This document shows, piece by piece, positions 49,469 to 59,854 of a stretch of DNA of 64,000 nt (positions are counted from its first letter, which is position 1; every line of letters begins with the position of its first letter). This DNA is from Pseudomonadota bacterium. Lineage in GTDB: Bacteria > Bdellovibrionota_G > JALEGL01 > DATDPG01. The position numbers and the translations under genes are program-made. The stretch covers positions 1-64,000 of the forward strand of contig JAZDDX010000016.1 in NCBI GenBank assembly GCA_043809315.1. The letters are read 5' to 3'. The notes below the pieces were generated by a model. That model worked only from the letters and a program-made list of their open reading frames with translations, searched no databases and had not been told where the DNA came from.

Positions 49469-50154
49469 CACCCTCCCCCGGCCGCATCGACGGTGCGACG
49501 TTCGGTCTCGAACCGGTCCCGCTCGAACATCCCCCAGTCGTACACCTGGTCGGTCGGAACATGGGAAAACCTCTCCCGCTTGAGCTTCATGTAGGCAAGC
49601 CCCATGAGGATCGTTTCCCAGGTCTCCAATCCTTTCTCCCGGCTCTTCCGGGCCTCCTCCGTGATGAACGGGGCCGCGTCGGAAGGATGGATCCAGAGCG
49701 CGTCGGTGAAGAAACGGTCGTCCCCCAGCTCGAGGATTCTCGCATCGAGAAGATCGCCGCGGTGAACCCCGGCGAGCGGGTGCTGTGCCGATACCTCGTG
49801 ACTCTCGAGGGTACGGAGATCCTCCACCACGTACCGGCTCTCCCCCTGCCCGGTGACGCGGAAAAGGGAGTGGATGCTCTTTTCGAGACCCACGAGGATC
49901 TCGTTCTCGCGTTCTTCCAGCGTCTCGCGATATTTCAAGCGGTAGAGACGGATCGGAGGGATCCCGGTATCCCAAAGAAGACGGTCCAGAAGATACCATT
50001 CGAGGCAGGCCGTCATCCGGATCTCGAACATCGGCTCGTCCTGGAACACCTTCCCCGTACGACGGAAGTAATCCTCTCGGGCGATCGAAAATTCCCCGAG
50101 ATACGGCTCGGCGCTGAAGATCTGAGCTACGCGATCGAGCGTTGCCTTGTACAT
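49468..50154 (-). CDS. Hypothetical protein between carA and carB
   Basis: ORF translationally coupled on both sides; LEWYLLDR motif. Confidence 0.75.
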   Translation of the reverse strand: MYKATLDRVAQIFSAEPYLGEFSIAREDYFRRTGKVFQDEPMFEIRMTACLEWYLLDRLLWDTGIPPIRLYRLKYRETLEERENEILVGLEKSIHSLFRVTGQGESRYVVEDLRTLESHEVSAQHPLAGVHRGDLLDARILELGDDRFFTDALWIHPSDAAPFITEEARKSREKGLETWETILMGLAYMKLKRERFSHVPTDQVYDWGMFERDRFETERRTVDAAGGG

Positions 50155-51254
50155 TCCAGGAACTCCCCAAAGAGATAGGTTGCGTCGTGCGGACCCGGTC
50201 CGGCCTCCGGATGATACTGGATCGCCCGAACGGATTGAGTGGGGCAATCGAACCCTTCGATCGTCCCGTCGGAGAGGTGAACATGCGTGACCTCGACCTT
50301 CCCGAAACGCGCCTCTCCGACCCGCTCCAGGCTCTCCCCATCGACTGCGAAACCGTGATTCTGCGACGTGATCTCGATCCGACCGGTCCTTTCGTTTCGG
50401 ACCGGATGATTGGCGCCGTGATGCCCGAACTTGAGTTTATAGGTACGAGCCCCGATCGCCAGTGCCAGCAGCTGATGCCCCAGACAGATCCCGAAGATCG
50501 GGACCGACCCGATCAGCTGCCGGAGAGTTTCCGGAAGACCGGGGACCGCGTCCGGATCACCAGGGCCGTTCGAAACCAGAACCCCGTCGGGACGGAGATT
50601 CTTGATCTCGGTCGCGGGGGTCGAGGGGGGAACGACCGTCACGCGGGCCCCCTCATCCGCGAGACGCCGAAGGATGCTGTGCTTGGCGCCGCAGTCGATG
50701 AGAACGATGTGGTGGCGGGCGTTTCGGATCTCCTTCCCGGCGGAGTCCGTCAACCATTCGTACCTCTCCCGGCAGGCGACGGCCGAAGCGAGATCGAGCC
50801 CCTGCATCGGGGGGATCTCGCGAAGCTTCTTCCGAAGGGCCTCGAGGCCGACGCTCTCGGTTCCGATGACCGCGCGAAGCGCTCCACCCGAGCGGATTTT
50901 GCGCGTCAGGGCCCGGGTGTCGATCCCCTCCAGCGCGACGATCTTCTGGTTCTTCAGGAAATGGGCCAGGGTTCCCTTCGCCCGGTAGTTGCTCGGATAG
51001 TCCACATACCTGCGGACCACGAATCCGGAGCAGTAAACCTTCCCCGATTCGAAATCGTCGGGGTTGACCCCGTAGTTCCCGATCATCGGATAGGTCATGA
51101 CGATGATCTGGCCGTAGTACGACGGGTCGGTCAGGATCTCCTGGTACCCGGTCATCGCCGTGTTGAACACCACTTCGCCGCCGCTCCCCCCTTCGTACCC
51201 GAAGGAGCGACCGGCCATCACGGTGCCGTCTTCCAGCAGCAGATACCCTTTCAT
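50127..51254 (-). CDS. carA: Carbamoyl-phosphate synthase small subunit
   Basis: GEVVFNT, TDPSY, GICLGHQ, QYHPEA. Confidence 0.97.
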   Translation of the reverse strand: MKGYLLLEDGTVMAGRSFGYEGGSGGEVVFNTAMTGYQEILTDPSYYGQIIVMTYPMIGNYGVNPDDFESGKVYCSGFVVRRYVDYPSNYRAKGTLAHFLKNQKIVALEGIDTRALTRKIRSGGALRAVIGTESVGLEALRKKLREIPPMQGLDLASAVACRERYEWLTDSAGKEIRNARHHIVLIDCGAKHSILRRLADEGARVTVVPPSTPATEIKNLRPDGVLVSNGPGDPDAVPGLPETLRQLIGSVPIFGICLGHQLLALAIGARTYKLKFGHHGANHPVRNERTGRIEITSQNHGFAVDGESLERVGEARFGKVEVTHVHLSDGTIEGFDCPTQSVRAIQYHPEAGPGPHDATYLFGEFLECTRQRSIA

Positions 51255-52459
51255 CTCTCTTCCCCGAACACCTGACGTCCCCCGACGAACGTATACAACA
51301 TTCTCCCCCGACCTTTGAAGCCCGCGAACGGGGTATTTCTCGATTTCGAACGGTACGGCCCTCCGTGGAGCTCCCGTTCCCCGTCCGCCTCGAAGATGGC
51401 GAGATCGGCCGGCATTCCCGGAGCCAGCGAACCGGCCCGGAGGCCCGCGATCCTCGCCGGCGTTGTCGAGAGCGCTTCCACCATCCGGACGAGCGTCAGC
51501 TCCCCCCGATGAACCAGACTCAAAAGGACCGGAAGAGCCGTCTCGAGACCGATCACGCCGTTGGGCGCCTCCGGGAACGGCCGGCCCTTCTCTTGCGGAG
51601 TGTGAGGGGCATGGTCGGTCGCGACCGCGTCGATCATACCGGCGGCCAAAGCCGTTCGGAGGACGGCGCAATCCTCCTCGGTCCGAAGCGGGGGGTTCAT
51701 CTTGGCGTTCGTCCCGTGCGTATCGATCGCAAGGGAGGTAAGGACCAGGTGATGCGGTGTCACTTCCGAGGTCAACGTCGGGAGGTGTTTTCGGAATCGG
51801 GAGATCAGGTCGACCGACTCGCGGCACGACACGTGGGCGATGTGGAGGCGCCCCCCCGTCTCCGCCGCGATCGTCAGCGCGCGCGAAAGTCCCGCCACTT
51901 CGTTCGGGTCGTCGCAATGTTCGATGATGAGGAGACCGGACCGTTTCGATTCTGCCAGCGCCCGCCGGAGAAGATGGGTGTTGTGGCAGGGGCGACCGTC
52001 ATCGGAGAACGCGACACACCCGGCTTGACGAAGTTCCGCGAGAGGGGCCGATTCCTTCCCTTCGAGCCCGCAAGTCACCGCTCCGACCGGATAGACCCGG
52101 CAGAGATCGACCTGACGGGCCCGATCCAGGATCCGACTCGTGATCTCCGGAGAGTCGTTGACAGGGGTCGTGTTCGCCATGCAGAGGACCGACGTGAAGC
52201 CGCCGGCGACTGCGGATAAGCTCCCCGACTCGATATCCTCTTTATCGGTCTGTCCTGGCTCCCGGAAATGAACGTGAAGGTCGACAAACCCGGGGGTTAT
52301 GACCGCACCGGTCGCGTCGATCTCCCGATCGACCCGTCCGAGACATTCTCCAGGGCGAAGGATCGCGCGGACCGAGCCGTCGGAGATCCAGAGATCGAAC
52401 GCTCCGTCACGCCCCTCGGCGGGGTCGATCAGACGTCCGTTCCGGATCCACAGCTCCAT
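51251..52459 (-). CDS. pyrC: Dihydroorotase (type I)
   Basis: DLHVHFREPG, FSDDG, EVTPHH, KMNPPLR, ATDHAPH. Confidence 0.92.
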   Translation of the reverse strand: MELWIRNGRLIDPAEGRDGAFDLWISDGSVRAILRPGECLGRVDREIDATGAVITPGFVDLHVHFREPGQTDKEDIESGSLSAVAGGFTSVLCMANTTPVNDSPEITSRILDRARQVDLCRVYPVGAVTCGLEGKESAPLAELRQAGCVAFSDDGRPCHNTHLLRRALAESKRSGLLIIEHCDDPNEVAGLSRALTIAAETGGRLHIAHVSCRESVDLISRFRKHLPTLTSEVTPHHLVLTSLAIDTHGTNAKMNPPLRTEEDCAVLRTALAAGMIDAVATDHAPHTPQEKGRPFPEAPNGVIGLETALPVLLSLVHRGELTLVRMVEALSTTPARIAGLRAGSLAPGMPADLAIFEADGERELHGGPYRSKSRNTPFAGFKGRGRMLYTFVGGRQVFGEER

Positions 52460-52473
52460 ATCGACGGTTCTCC

Positions 52474-52833
52474 TTAATAAAAGGTGGTGGTTACAACCAC
52501 ATTCCAGGCGTGTTGGAGCGACCAGACCCCCAAGAAACGGACCGTGGGGCGCCAGGTGACACGGATCCGGATCCGCTCGGAGAAACGAGTGATCTCGATA
52601 TCCCCCTCTTGAAGGTCAATCTCCATGTCATTATGGGCGGTCTCGATCAACGTCTTCCGGAGTTGGTCGTCCTCCGAACGTGCCGCGCTATACGATATCT
52701 CTTTGACGGCATCCTCGAGCTTCTGCTTGTTCCAGACGACCGGAACGTACTTGTAGCAAAGATAAAATCCCGCGATCGAGAGCACGACGAGAAAAAAACC
52801 TACGAAGTTGAAGCTGTTCGGTCCCTTCCCCAT
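52474..52833 (-). CDS. Membrane-anchored protein, DUF4845-like
   Basis: N-terminal TM helix, 119 aa, downstream of lepA. Confidence 0.6.
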   Translation of the reverse strand: MGKGPNSFNFVGFFLVVLSIAGFYLCYKYVPVVWNKQKLEDAVKEISYSAARSEDDQLRKTLIETAHNDMEIDLQEGDIEITRFSERIRIRVTWRPTVRFLGVWSLQHAWNVVVTTTFY

Positions 52834-52886
52834 CGGTTCCTCCCCTTAATGACGGCGGGTCTCTAAAGCAAGGTTTTCCTTCGCGA

Positions 52887-54683
52887 TCACGAGTCCACCT
52901 TGAGGATTGCGAGAAACGCCTCTTGCGGAACATCGACGTTCCCCAGCCGCTTCATCCGTTTCTTCCCTTCCTTTTGTTTTTCCAGAAGCTTCCGCTTCCG
53001 CGTGATGTCGCCGCCGTAGCATTTGGCAGTCACGTTCTTGCGCATCGCCGACATGCTCTCCCGGGCGATGATCTTGTTTCCGATCGCCGCCTGGATCGCC
53101 ACCTCGTACATCTGCTTCGGGATCGCCTCCTTGAGCTTCCGGGCCAGCTCTCGGCCTCGGTAGTAGGCGTTCTCCCGGTGGATGATGATCGAGAGGGCGT
53201 CGATTTTCTTGCCGTTGATCAGGAGGTCGAGCTTGACGACGTTCGCGGGGACGAACCCCTGGAGCTCGTAGTCGAGCGAGGCGTACCCTTTCGAGCTCGA
53301 TTTCAGCTTGTCGTAGAAATCGAGAACAATCTCTGCAAGCGGCAGATCGTACCGGAGGACGATGTGATTCGGGCTTGGGTACTCCATTCCGACCTGTGTC
53401 CCCCGTTTCCCTTCGCAGAGAGCCAGGATCGCCCCGACGAACTCCTGCGGCGTGTGGATCGTGGCCCGGATGATCGGTTCCGCGATCTCGTCGACCTCCT
53501 GCTCGGGAGGGAGGTGATCCGGGTTGTCGATTTCGATCGTCTTTCCGTTCAAAAGCTTCACCTCGTATGCGACCGTCGGTGCCGTCGTGATCAGGTCGAC
53601 GTTGAACTCCCGCTCCAGCCGCTCCTGGATGATCTCCATGTGGAGAAGGCCCAGAAAGCCGCAGCGGAAGCCGAATCCGAGCGCCGAGGAGGTCTCCGGC
53701 TCGAACGTGAACGACGTGTCGTTGAGCCGAAGCTTCTCCAGCGCATCCCGCAGCTCCGAGTAGTTCTGCTCGGCGGTAGGGAAGATCCCGCAGAAGACGG
53801 TCGGCTTCACGATCTTGAACCCCGGAAGAGCTTCCTTTGTCGGCCGGTTCGGCTCGGTGATCGTCTCCCCGATCCGCGTCTCGGAGACCTGTTTCAAGCC
53901 CGCAGCCAGGAACCCGACTTCCCCGGCGGCGAGCTCGTCGATCGCGGTCGGTTTCGGCGTCAAGACCCCGACACGTTCCACCTCGCAATCGCGCCCGGTC
54001 GCCATGAAACGGATCTTCATTCCTTTTTTGATCGTCCCGTCGATGACGCGAACGAGTGAAATCACCCCCAGGTACGAGTCGTACCAACTGTCGAACAGAA
54101 GCGCCTTGAGCGGTTCCGAAACCGACCCCCGGGGGGGCGGGATCCGGGCCACCACTTCCTCCAACACCGCCTCGACGTTGGTCCCCTCCTTAGCGCTGAT
54201 CGAGATCGTCCGAGACGTGTCGAGGCCGATCACGTCGGTGATCTCCTTCTTCACCCGCTCGACGTCGGAGTTCGGAAGGTCGATCTTGTTCAGGACCAGG
54301 ATGATCTCGAGCCCCTGCTCGATCGCTTGGAAGGTGTGTGCGAGGGTCTGAGCCTGAACCCCCTGTGAGGCATCCACGAGAAGGATCGCACCCTCACAGG
54401 CCGCCAGGCTCCTCGACACCTCGTAGGAGAAGTCGACGTGCCCCGGCGTGTCGATCAGGTTGAACTGGTACTCCTGCCCGTCGGACGCGCGGTACTTGAG
54501 GCGGGCGGTCTGCGCCTTGATCGTGATCCCGCGCTCCCGCTCCAGATCCATCCCGTCGAGGTACTGCGCCTCCATGTCCCGCATCGCAACCGCCCCGGTG
54601 ATCTCCAGAAAGCGGTCGGCCAGCGTCGACTTCCCGTGGTCGATGTGCGCGATAATTGAAAAGTTGCGAATGAACTGCGTCAT
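52887..54683 (-). CDS. lepA: Elongation factor 4 (LepA)
   Basis: [30 protein letters not shown]. Confidence 0.98.
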   Translation of the reverse strand: MTQFIRNFSIIAHIDHGKSTLADRFLEITGAVAMRDMEAQYLDGMDLERERGITIKAQTARLKYRASDGQEYQFNLIDTPGHVDFSYEVSRSLAACEGAILLVDASQGVQAQTLAHTFQAIEQGLEIILVLNKIDLPNSDVERVKKEITDVIGLDTSRTISISAKEGTNVEAVLEEVVARIPPPRGSVSEPLKALLFDSWYDSYLGVISLVRVIDGTIKKGMKIRFMATGRDCEVERVGVLTPKPTAIDELAAGEVGFLAAGLKQVSETRIGETITEPNRPTKEALPGFKIVKPTVFCGIFPTAEQNYSELRDALEKLRLNDTSFTFEPETSSALGFGFRCGFLGLLHMEIIQERLEREFNVDLITTAPTVAYEVKLLNGKTIEIDNPDHLPPEQEVDEIAEPIIRATIHTPQEFVGAILALCEGKRGTQVGMEYPSPNHIVLRYDLPLAEIVLDFYDKLKSSSKGYASLDYELQGFVPANVVKLDLLINGKKIDALSIIIHRENAYYRGRELARKLKEAIPKQMYEVAIQAAIGNKIIARESMSAMRKNVTAKCYGGDITRKRKLLEKQKEGKKRMKRLGNVDVPQEAFLAILKVDS

Positions 54684-54730
54684 TTGAGCTGGGCCGGGAC
54701 TCTATAGCACAGAGAAGCGAAGGAATCGTG

Positions 54731-55660
54731 TTAGGCGATCCGGAAGTAGTCGATTGTTTTGCGAAGGCCCGCCTCTAGCGACGTCTTCGGCGACCAGCCG
54801 AGGATCTTCTTGGCCCGGGTCAGGTCGGGGCATCGGAGTTTCGGGTCCCCTTCGGGGAACGGTTCGCTGACAAAACCGCTCTTGGAGTTGCAGAGGCGGA
54901 CGATCGTTTCGGCGATCTCCCGAATCGAGGTCTCGCGATCGTTTCCGAGGTTGATCGGATCGGAGGGCCGTTTGTCCACGAATCGCACCAATCCGTCTAC
55001 GAGATCATCGACATAACAGAAGGACCGGGTCTGGGAGCCGTCCCCGTAGATCGTGATCGGCTCCCCTTGGAGGGCCTGGGAGATGAAGTTCGGAACCACC
55101 CGGCCGTCATTGGGACGCATTCGCGGACCGTAGGTGTTGAAGATCCGGACGATCGAGACCGGAAGCTTGTGTTTCCGGCGGTACGCCGCCGTTACCGCTT
55201 CGGAAAAGCGTTTTGATTCGTCGTAGACCGACCGGACTCCGGTCGTACTGACGTTCCCGAGATAGGTCTCTTTTTGCGGGTGCTCCTTCGGGTCGCCATA
55301 CACCTCGCTGGTCGATGCCATGAAGAACCACGCCCCGTGTTTATGGGCGTACTCGATTGCATGGAAGGTCCCGAGGGAGCCGACTTTGAGGATCTCGATC
55401 GCGAGCGGCACGAAATCCCACGGGGAGGCCGGCGACGCGAAGTGAAGAACCCCGTCGACCTTTCCGACGTCGGGGATCTTCTCCGCCACGTCTCCACGGA
55501 TGAATTCGAAGCGGGGCTCTTTCTTGAGCGAGTCGAGGTTGGCGAGCGTTCCCGTTGACAGGTTGTCGACGGCAATGACGTTGTTCTTGCCTCCTAAAAG
55601 GCGTTCGCAGAGATGAGATCCGATGAACCCGGCCCCGCCGGTGACGAGAAAACGGGGCAT
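54731..55660 (-). CDS. UDP-glucuronate decarboxylase-like extended SDR
   Basis: TGGAGFIG, ASPASP, STSEVYGDP, YDESK, RIFNTYGPRM. Confidence 0.9.
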   Translation of the reverse strand: MPRFLVTGGAGFIGSHLCERLLGGKNNVIAVDNLSTGTLANLDSLKKEPRFEFIRGDVAEKIPDVGKVDGVLHFASPASPWDFVPLAIEILKVGSLGTFHAIEYAHKHGAWFFMASTSEVYGDPKEHPQKETYLGNVSTTGVRSVYDESKRFSEAVTAAYRRKHKLPVSIVRIFNTYGPRMRPNDGRVVPNFISQALQGEPITIYGDGSQTRSFCYVDDLVDGLVRFVDKRPSDPINLGNDRETSIREIAETIVRLCNSKSGFVSEPFPEGDPKLRCPDLTRAKKILGWSPKTSLEAGLRKTIDYFRIA

Positions 55661-55830
55661 CAGAACGACATCTGGCCGGGGATCTGATTCCTGTACCGCT
55701 CGAGAATCATGTCGATTCCCTGCCGGATAAACTCGGCGACCGGCACCTTCGTCTTCTTATTGAGCAGCTTCAGCTTCTCATTCTGGTCTTCGGTGATGTA
55801 CACCGTGGTAGATATCTTCTTCCGCGACAT
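55660..55830 (-). CDS. cdbA: Ribbon-helix-helix DNA-binding protein, CdbA-like (56 aa, absent from the ORF track)
   Basis: MSRKKISTTVYITEDQNEKLKLLNKKTKVPVAEFIRQGIDMILERYRNQIPGQMSF*; TGATG coupling to the SDR gene; resembles M. xanthus CdbA from memory. Confidence 0.8.
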   Translation of the reverse strand: MSRKKISTTVYITEDQNEKLKLLNKKTKVPVAEFIRQGIDMILERYRNQIPGQMSF

Positions 55831-55845
55831 GATCAGGGTCTCAGC

Positions 55846-56316
55846 GTGACACTACGTGCCCATATATATGTTGTCAATTCTCTTATTCTAGCGTCGTTCG
55901 TGCTCCTCGCCTGCACAAAGCCGGCTCCGAAACCGAACCAAGGAAGCTTTTCGATCGACCCCCCCCCCGACTCGGCCTTCGCGAAGATGTCGAAAGTCCT
56001 TCAGCAGCAAGGGTTTTCGATGGATACGTTCGATTCCGCAACTCGGAGCCTGAAGACCACCTCGAAGGCGGTCGACATGGACCGACTCGCTGTAGTCTCA
56101 CGTCTGAAGGACCATCGGGAACGGTACGAGCAGGAGAGGTATTCCTACCTAGTACGGGTGACCGAGGAGGGGAACGGGAGTCGTCTCGAAATTTCAGTCG
56201 AGATCAACGCCGACTACGCTAATCGACAGGATCTGCCAGACAGTTCCGGACTCGGCTCCAAACGGACACTTGCATCGACCGGCGTACTCGAACGCGAACT
56301 TTTCGGAATGTTGTAA
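55846..56316 (+). CDS. Putative lipoprotein (start uncertain)
   Basis: Hydrophobic stretch with lipobox LLAC. Confidence 0.6.
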   Translation: MTLRAHIYVVNSLILASFVLLACTKPAPKPNQGSFSIDPPPDSAFAKMSKVLQQQGFSMDTFDSATRSLKTTSKAVDMDRLAVVSRLKDHRERYEQERYSYLVRVTEEGNGSRLEISVEINADYANRQDLPDSSGLGSKRTLASTGVLERELFGML

Positions 56317-56399
56317 GTATATTCATATAATTGTTTATATATTATAGTTAGTTACGTATATTACTGACAAATATATTACTTTTGTTATGATTAGTTTCG

Positions 56400-57050
56400 T
56401 TGCTCTTCTCTAAAACCGCCTTCGTCGGACTTCTGCTCTTTCCGGTCGTGTTCCTGAGTTCATCGAACGCTTCGGCCGGAGCGGTCTATTCGTACGAAGA
56501 TTCGACAGGAACCGTTCGTTTCAGCGACGAACCTCCCTCCGTCGACAACTACATCGTCCGGTTGGAGAGCGAGATCGTCGCGTTCCGAACCGCGATCCGA
56601 AAATACTCCAAGGCGGAGCTTCGAGACCTGATCGCAAAGCTTTCCCAAGAACTGAACGTCGAGGCACCGCTGGTCGAGGCGGTTGTTAAGGCGGAATCGG
56701 AGTACGACGCGAGTGCCATTTCCAAGAAGGGGGCCCGCGGCCTGATGCAGTTGATGCCGGAGACCGCGCGTTCGTTCGGCGTCGTCGATCCGACCGATCC
56801 GACGGCGAACTTGACGGCGGGCATCGCGCACTTGAAGAAACTCCTGAAACGATTCGACGGAAATATCGACTTCGCGGTGGCAGCCTACAACGCAGGTGAG
56901 GGAGCGATCCGAAAACACCGCGGGGTCCCTCCCTACCCTGAAACCGTTGACTACCTCAGCAAGGTACGGAAGTATCACGCACACTTTGCCGAACTCGCCT
57001 CACGCTCCGCTTCCATTGACCCCGCTCGACCGCGAGTCGTCGCCGAATAG
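56400..57050 (+). CDS. Lytic transglycosylase (SLT domain) with DUF4124-like N-terminus
   Basis: AES, GARGLMQLMP, AYNAG, PPYPET. Confidence 0.9.
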   Translation: MLFSKTAFVGLLLFPVVFLSSSNASAGAVYSYEDSTGTVRFSDEPPSVDNYIVRLESEIVAFRTAIRKYSKAELRDLIAKLSQELNVEAPLVEAVVKAESEYDASAISKKGARGLMQLMPETARSFGVVDPTDPTANLTAGIAHLKKLLKRFDGNIDFAVAAYNAGEGAIRKHRGVPPYPETVDYLSKVRKYHAHFAELASRSASIDPARPRVVAE

Positions 57051-57621
57051 TCGCTCGATCTGGAACATCCCCAACGCGTTGACCGCGCTTCGGATCCTTT
57101 CGATCCCATTTTTGATCTACCTCCTCTACGAAACACCGACCACCGGAGATCGTTTTTTGGCCGCCGTTCTCTTCGGCGTCGCCTTCTGGACCGACTTTTT
57201 CGACGGAATGTTGGCCCGGCGGATGAAAAAGATCACGCGCCTGGGAAAAGTCATGGATCCGATGGCGGACAAGCTGATGGTGATCACGGCGCTGATCCTT
57301 TTGACCCATCTGAACGCCGTGAACGTCCTCGTGGTGATCCTGCTCGTCGGGCGCGAGGTGGTGGTGAACGCGCTGCGAGCCTTGGCCAGCGCCGAGGGGA
57401 TCGCGATCGCTCCGTCATTTTCGGGTCGCGCCAAGGTCTTTGCGGAGGGTTTTGGCGTCGCCATCTTGCTGGCAGGTCCGGAGTATCACTGGCTCGGCCT
57501 CCCCTGGACGGCACTGGGAAAGATCCTGATCTATCTCGCCGTCGGGCTCGCCCTCTGGTCGGCCGTCGTCTACTTCCGAAACTACTCTCGCGAGACCCCG
57601 TCGGAATCGTCCGCTTCTTGA
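57016..57621 (+). CDS. pgsA: CDP-diacylglycerol--glycerol-3-phosphate 3-phosphatidyltransferase (start approximate)
   Basis: NIPNALT..R, TDFFDGMLAR..GKVMDPMADK, GRE. Confidence 0.9.
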   Translation: MTPLDRESSPNSRSIWNIPNALTALRILSIPFLIYLLYETPTTGDRFLAAVLFGVAFWTDFFDGMLARRMKKITRLGKVMDPMADKLMVITALILLTHLNAVNVLVVILLVGREVVVNALRALASAEGIAIAPSFSGRAKVFAEGFGVAILLAGPEYHWLGLPWTALGKILIYLAVGLALWSAVVYFRNYSRETPSESSAS

Positions 57622-57687
57622 TCCCCCCCGAAGCGCCTGCTAACGTCTCTGCCTGTGACGCCCGGGGAAACAGGTTCGAATCCGAGG

Positions 57688-57996
57688 ATGGAACGAGTCC
57701 GGGACCGACTGCTCGAGTTCATGGAGTGGCTGCGGTACGAGCTGACAAAGCTCTTCCAGATCGGACGACTCAAATACGACGCCACTTCGCTCCAGCGGGA
57801 GCGGACGGCCCTCTTCCAGGAGCTTGGGATGAAGGCGGCCGAGTTGGTCAAAAGGGGGGAAGTGACGTCGGAGGAGTTGAAGCTGATCGTCGAGCGGGTC
57901 GACACGCTGACCGCGCGGATCGAGGAACGGCGGACGGAGATGGAAAAGCTCGTCCGCACGCGGACCGACGACGAGCCCCCGGTCGCCCAGAAATGA
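57688..57996 (+). CDS. Coiled-coil hypothetical protein
   Basis: Helical ORF between pgsA and tRNA-Ala; start could be 57655. Confidence 0.65.
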   Translation: MERVRDRLLEFMEWLRYELTKLFQIGRLKYDATSLQRERTALFQELGMKAAELVKRGEVTSEELKLIVERVDTLTARIEERRTEMEKLVRTRTDDEPPVAQK

Positions 57997-58044
57997 CTGG
58001 TATTTTCCCGCGGTCACGGTAGAAAGCGTCGCTTTTCAGCCGGT

Positions 58045-58120
<76 letters not shown>

Positions 58121-58159
58121 ATTCTCAAATCAATTCGGGTCCAGTCGTGTGTCCCGATT

Positions 58160-59809
58160 TTAGGCGTGGCCGGTGGTCGGGGAGGTCGGCTTCCCGCGCG
58201 TCTTCCCGAGGTACTCCGCCATCGGGATCTGGTGCCCCGCCTCGACCTTCTCGCGGAAATAAGGACCGGCGTTGTAAGTGCAGAACGGGTAGATCTTCCC
58301 GTCCTGCGTCGAGTAGTGGACCACGCACCGCTTCGCCCGCTCGACGTCGTAGTTGTAATGATCCATGAAATGCATCCCGGCGACGAAGACGGTCGGAAAG
58401 AGCGTCCCCTGCCAGTTTTTCGCACGCGCCACTTCCTTGCTGCGGTATCCGTCGAGGCTCTTCAGGAACCGGTCCCACGTCAGCCCCTTCGGCGCCTTTT
58501 TCGGGTTGAAATGCTTCTTGAGCGCCTGGTACGCCCGGATCTTCGTGTAGGTCTGGAACGACGTCGGTTTCGTCTTCTCCGCCAGTTTGTTCAAGTCGGT
58601 GACAAGCGCCTTGTAGTTCAGGAACTCCGTCATCGCCGTCGCTTTCTGATCTTTGTCGACGAAGAGGAACCCGCCGATCGAGCAGTGCGGATGGCTCGAG
58701 ACCGTCGTCGCGTGCTTCCCGGTGAGCGCGCTCTGGAGCTTCGAAAACGGCGTGATCGAGGAGAGCGCCACCCAATCCCGGTCGACCTTCATGAGACCGT
58801 TCGTCTGGTCCTCTACGTCGTGCGCCAAGTCTCCCAGCGTGTATCTCTGGCGATCCAGCTCTTCTTTCGAGATGCGGCCGGAAAAACAAACCGGCTGGAA
58901 GCTGATCCCGGTCACCACGTCGACGTTCTCCACCGCGAACCGGACGATATCGCCGACCTGGTGGTCGTTCAGTCCCTTGAGGATCGTCGGCACCAAGACC
59001 ACGCGCGCACCGTTCGCCCGCATGTTCTCGATCGCCTTCATCTTCAGTTCCATCAGCGGCGCGCCGCGGGTCTCGCGGTAGATCTCGTCGTCGAACCCGT
59101 CGAACTGCAGATAAAGCGTGTGAAGCCCCGCTTCGACCGTCTTCCGCGTGAACTCGGCGTCGGCGAAGCGGATCCCGTTCGTGGGGCACTGGATGTGCGT
59201 GAACCCCATCTCCTTCGTCTTCTTGATGATGTCGAGGACCCGCGGGTGAATCGTCGGCTCGCCGCCGGCGAACTGGACGAACTGGCACGGCACGGGGCGG
59301 AGGTCACGAAGCTTCTGGAGCATCGTCACCACTTCGTCGTAGCTTGGCTCGAGAACCATCCCGGAGACGTTCGCGTTGGCGTAGCAGACCGGGCACTTCA
59401 AATTGCAGCGATTCGTCAGATCGACCATCCCGATCGCCGTGTGGCTGACGTGCAGGTTGCACATCCCGCAATCGGTCGGACAGGTTTCCGCATTGGTGAC
59501 CGGAGGGTTCGAAAAGCCGCGTTCATCCCCGAACGTCCAGCGTTCGACCTCTTTGAAGAGGTTCGCGTCCCGAAAGACGAAGAAGCTCATCGCACCATGT
59601 TCGGGGCAGACCTTGTCCATCCAGACATCGCCGTTCTTTTCGTTGAGCGTCGCCTCGATGACGCGGGAGCAGGTAGGACAGAGAGAGGTGGTCAGCTTCG
59701 GGAGGCCAGGGGTGATGGCCTTGATCGGCGAGCCGCAGTACGTGCTCAGGGTTGAAGGCTCTTCCTTCCGCCTCGAGGGGAAAAGGGTCCCGAAACTCGG
59801 CAGCTCCAT
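58160..59809 (-). CDS. Radical SAM protein, tetraether lipid synthase (Tes/MJ0619 GDGT-MAS) family
   Basis: SLCPTC..CPEHG, CPTDCGMCNLH, CNLKCPVC, FQP, HPHC, MHFMD..RCVVHY..PFCTYN. Confidence 0.8.
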   Translation of the reverse strand: MELPSFGTLFPSRRKEEPSTLSTYCGSPIKAITPGLPKLTTSLCPTCSRVIEATLNEKNGDVWMDKVCPEHGAMSFFVFRDANLFKEVERWTFGDERGFSNPPVTNAETCPTDCGMCNLHVSHTAIGMVDLTNRCNLKCPVCYANANVSGMVLEPSYDEVVTMLQKLRDLRPVPCQFVQFAGGEPTIHPRVLDIIKKTKEMGFTHIQCPTNGIRFADAEFTRKTVEAGLHTLYLQFDGFDDEIYRETRGAPLMELKMKAIENMRANGARVVLVPTILKGLNDHQVGDIVRFAVENVDVVTGISFQPVCFSGRISKEELDRQRYTLGDLAHDVEDQTNGLMKVDRDWVALSSITPFSKLQSALTGKHATTVSSHPHCSIGGFLFVDKDQKATAMTEFLNYKALVTDLNKLAEKTKPTSFQTYTKIRAYQALKKHFNPKKAPKGLTWDRFLKSLDGYRSKEVARAKNWQGTLFPTVFVAGMHFMDHYNYDVERAKRCVVHYSTQDGKIYPFCTYNAGPYFREKVEAGHQIPMAEYLGKTRGKPTSPTTGHA

Positions 59810-59854
59810 AGGCAGGCCCCTATACAGCAAATCGCGTCAATTGGAAAATCGGCC

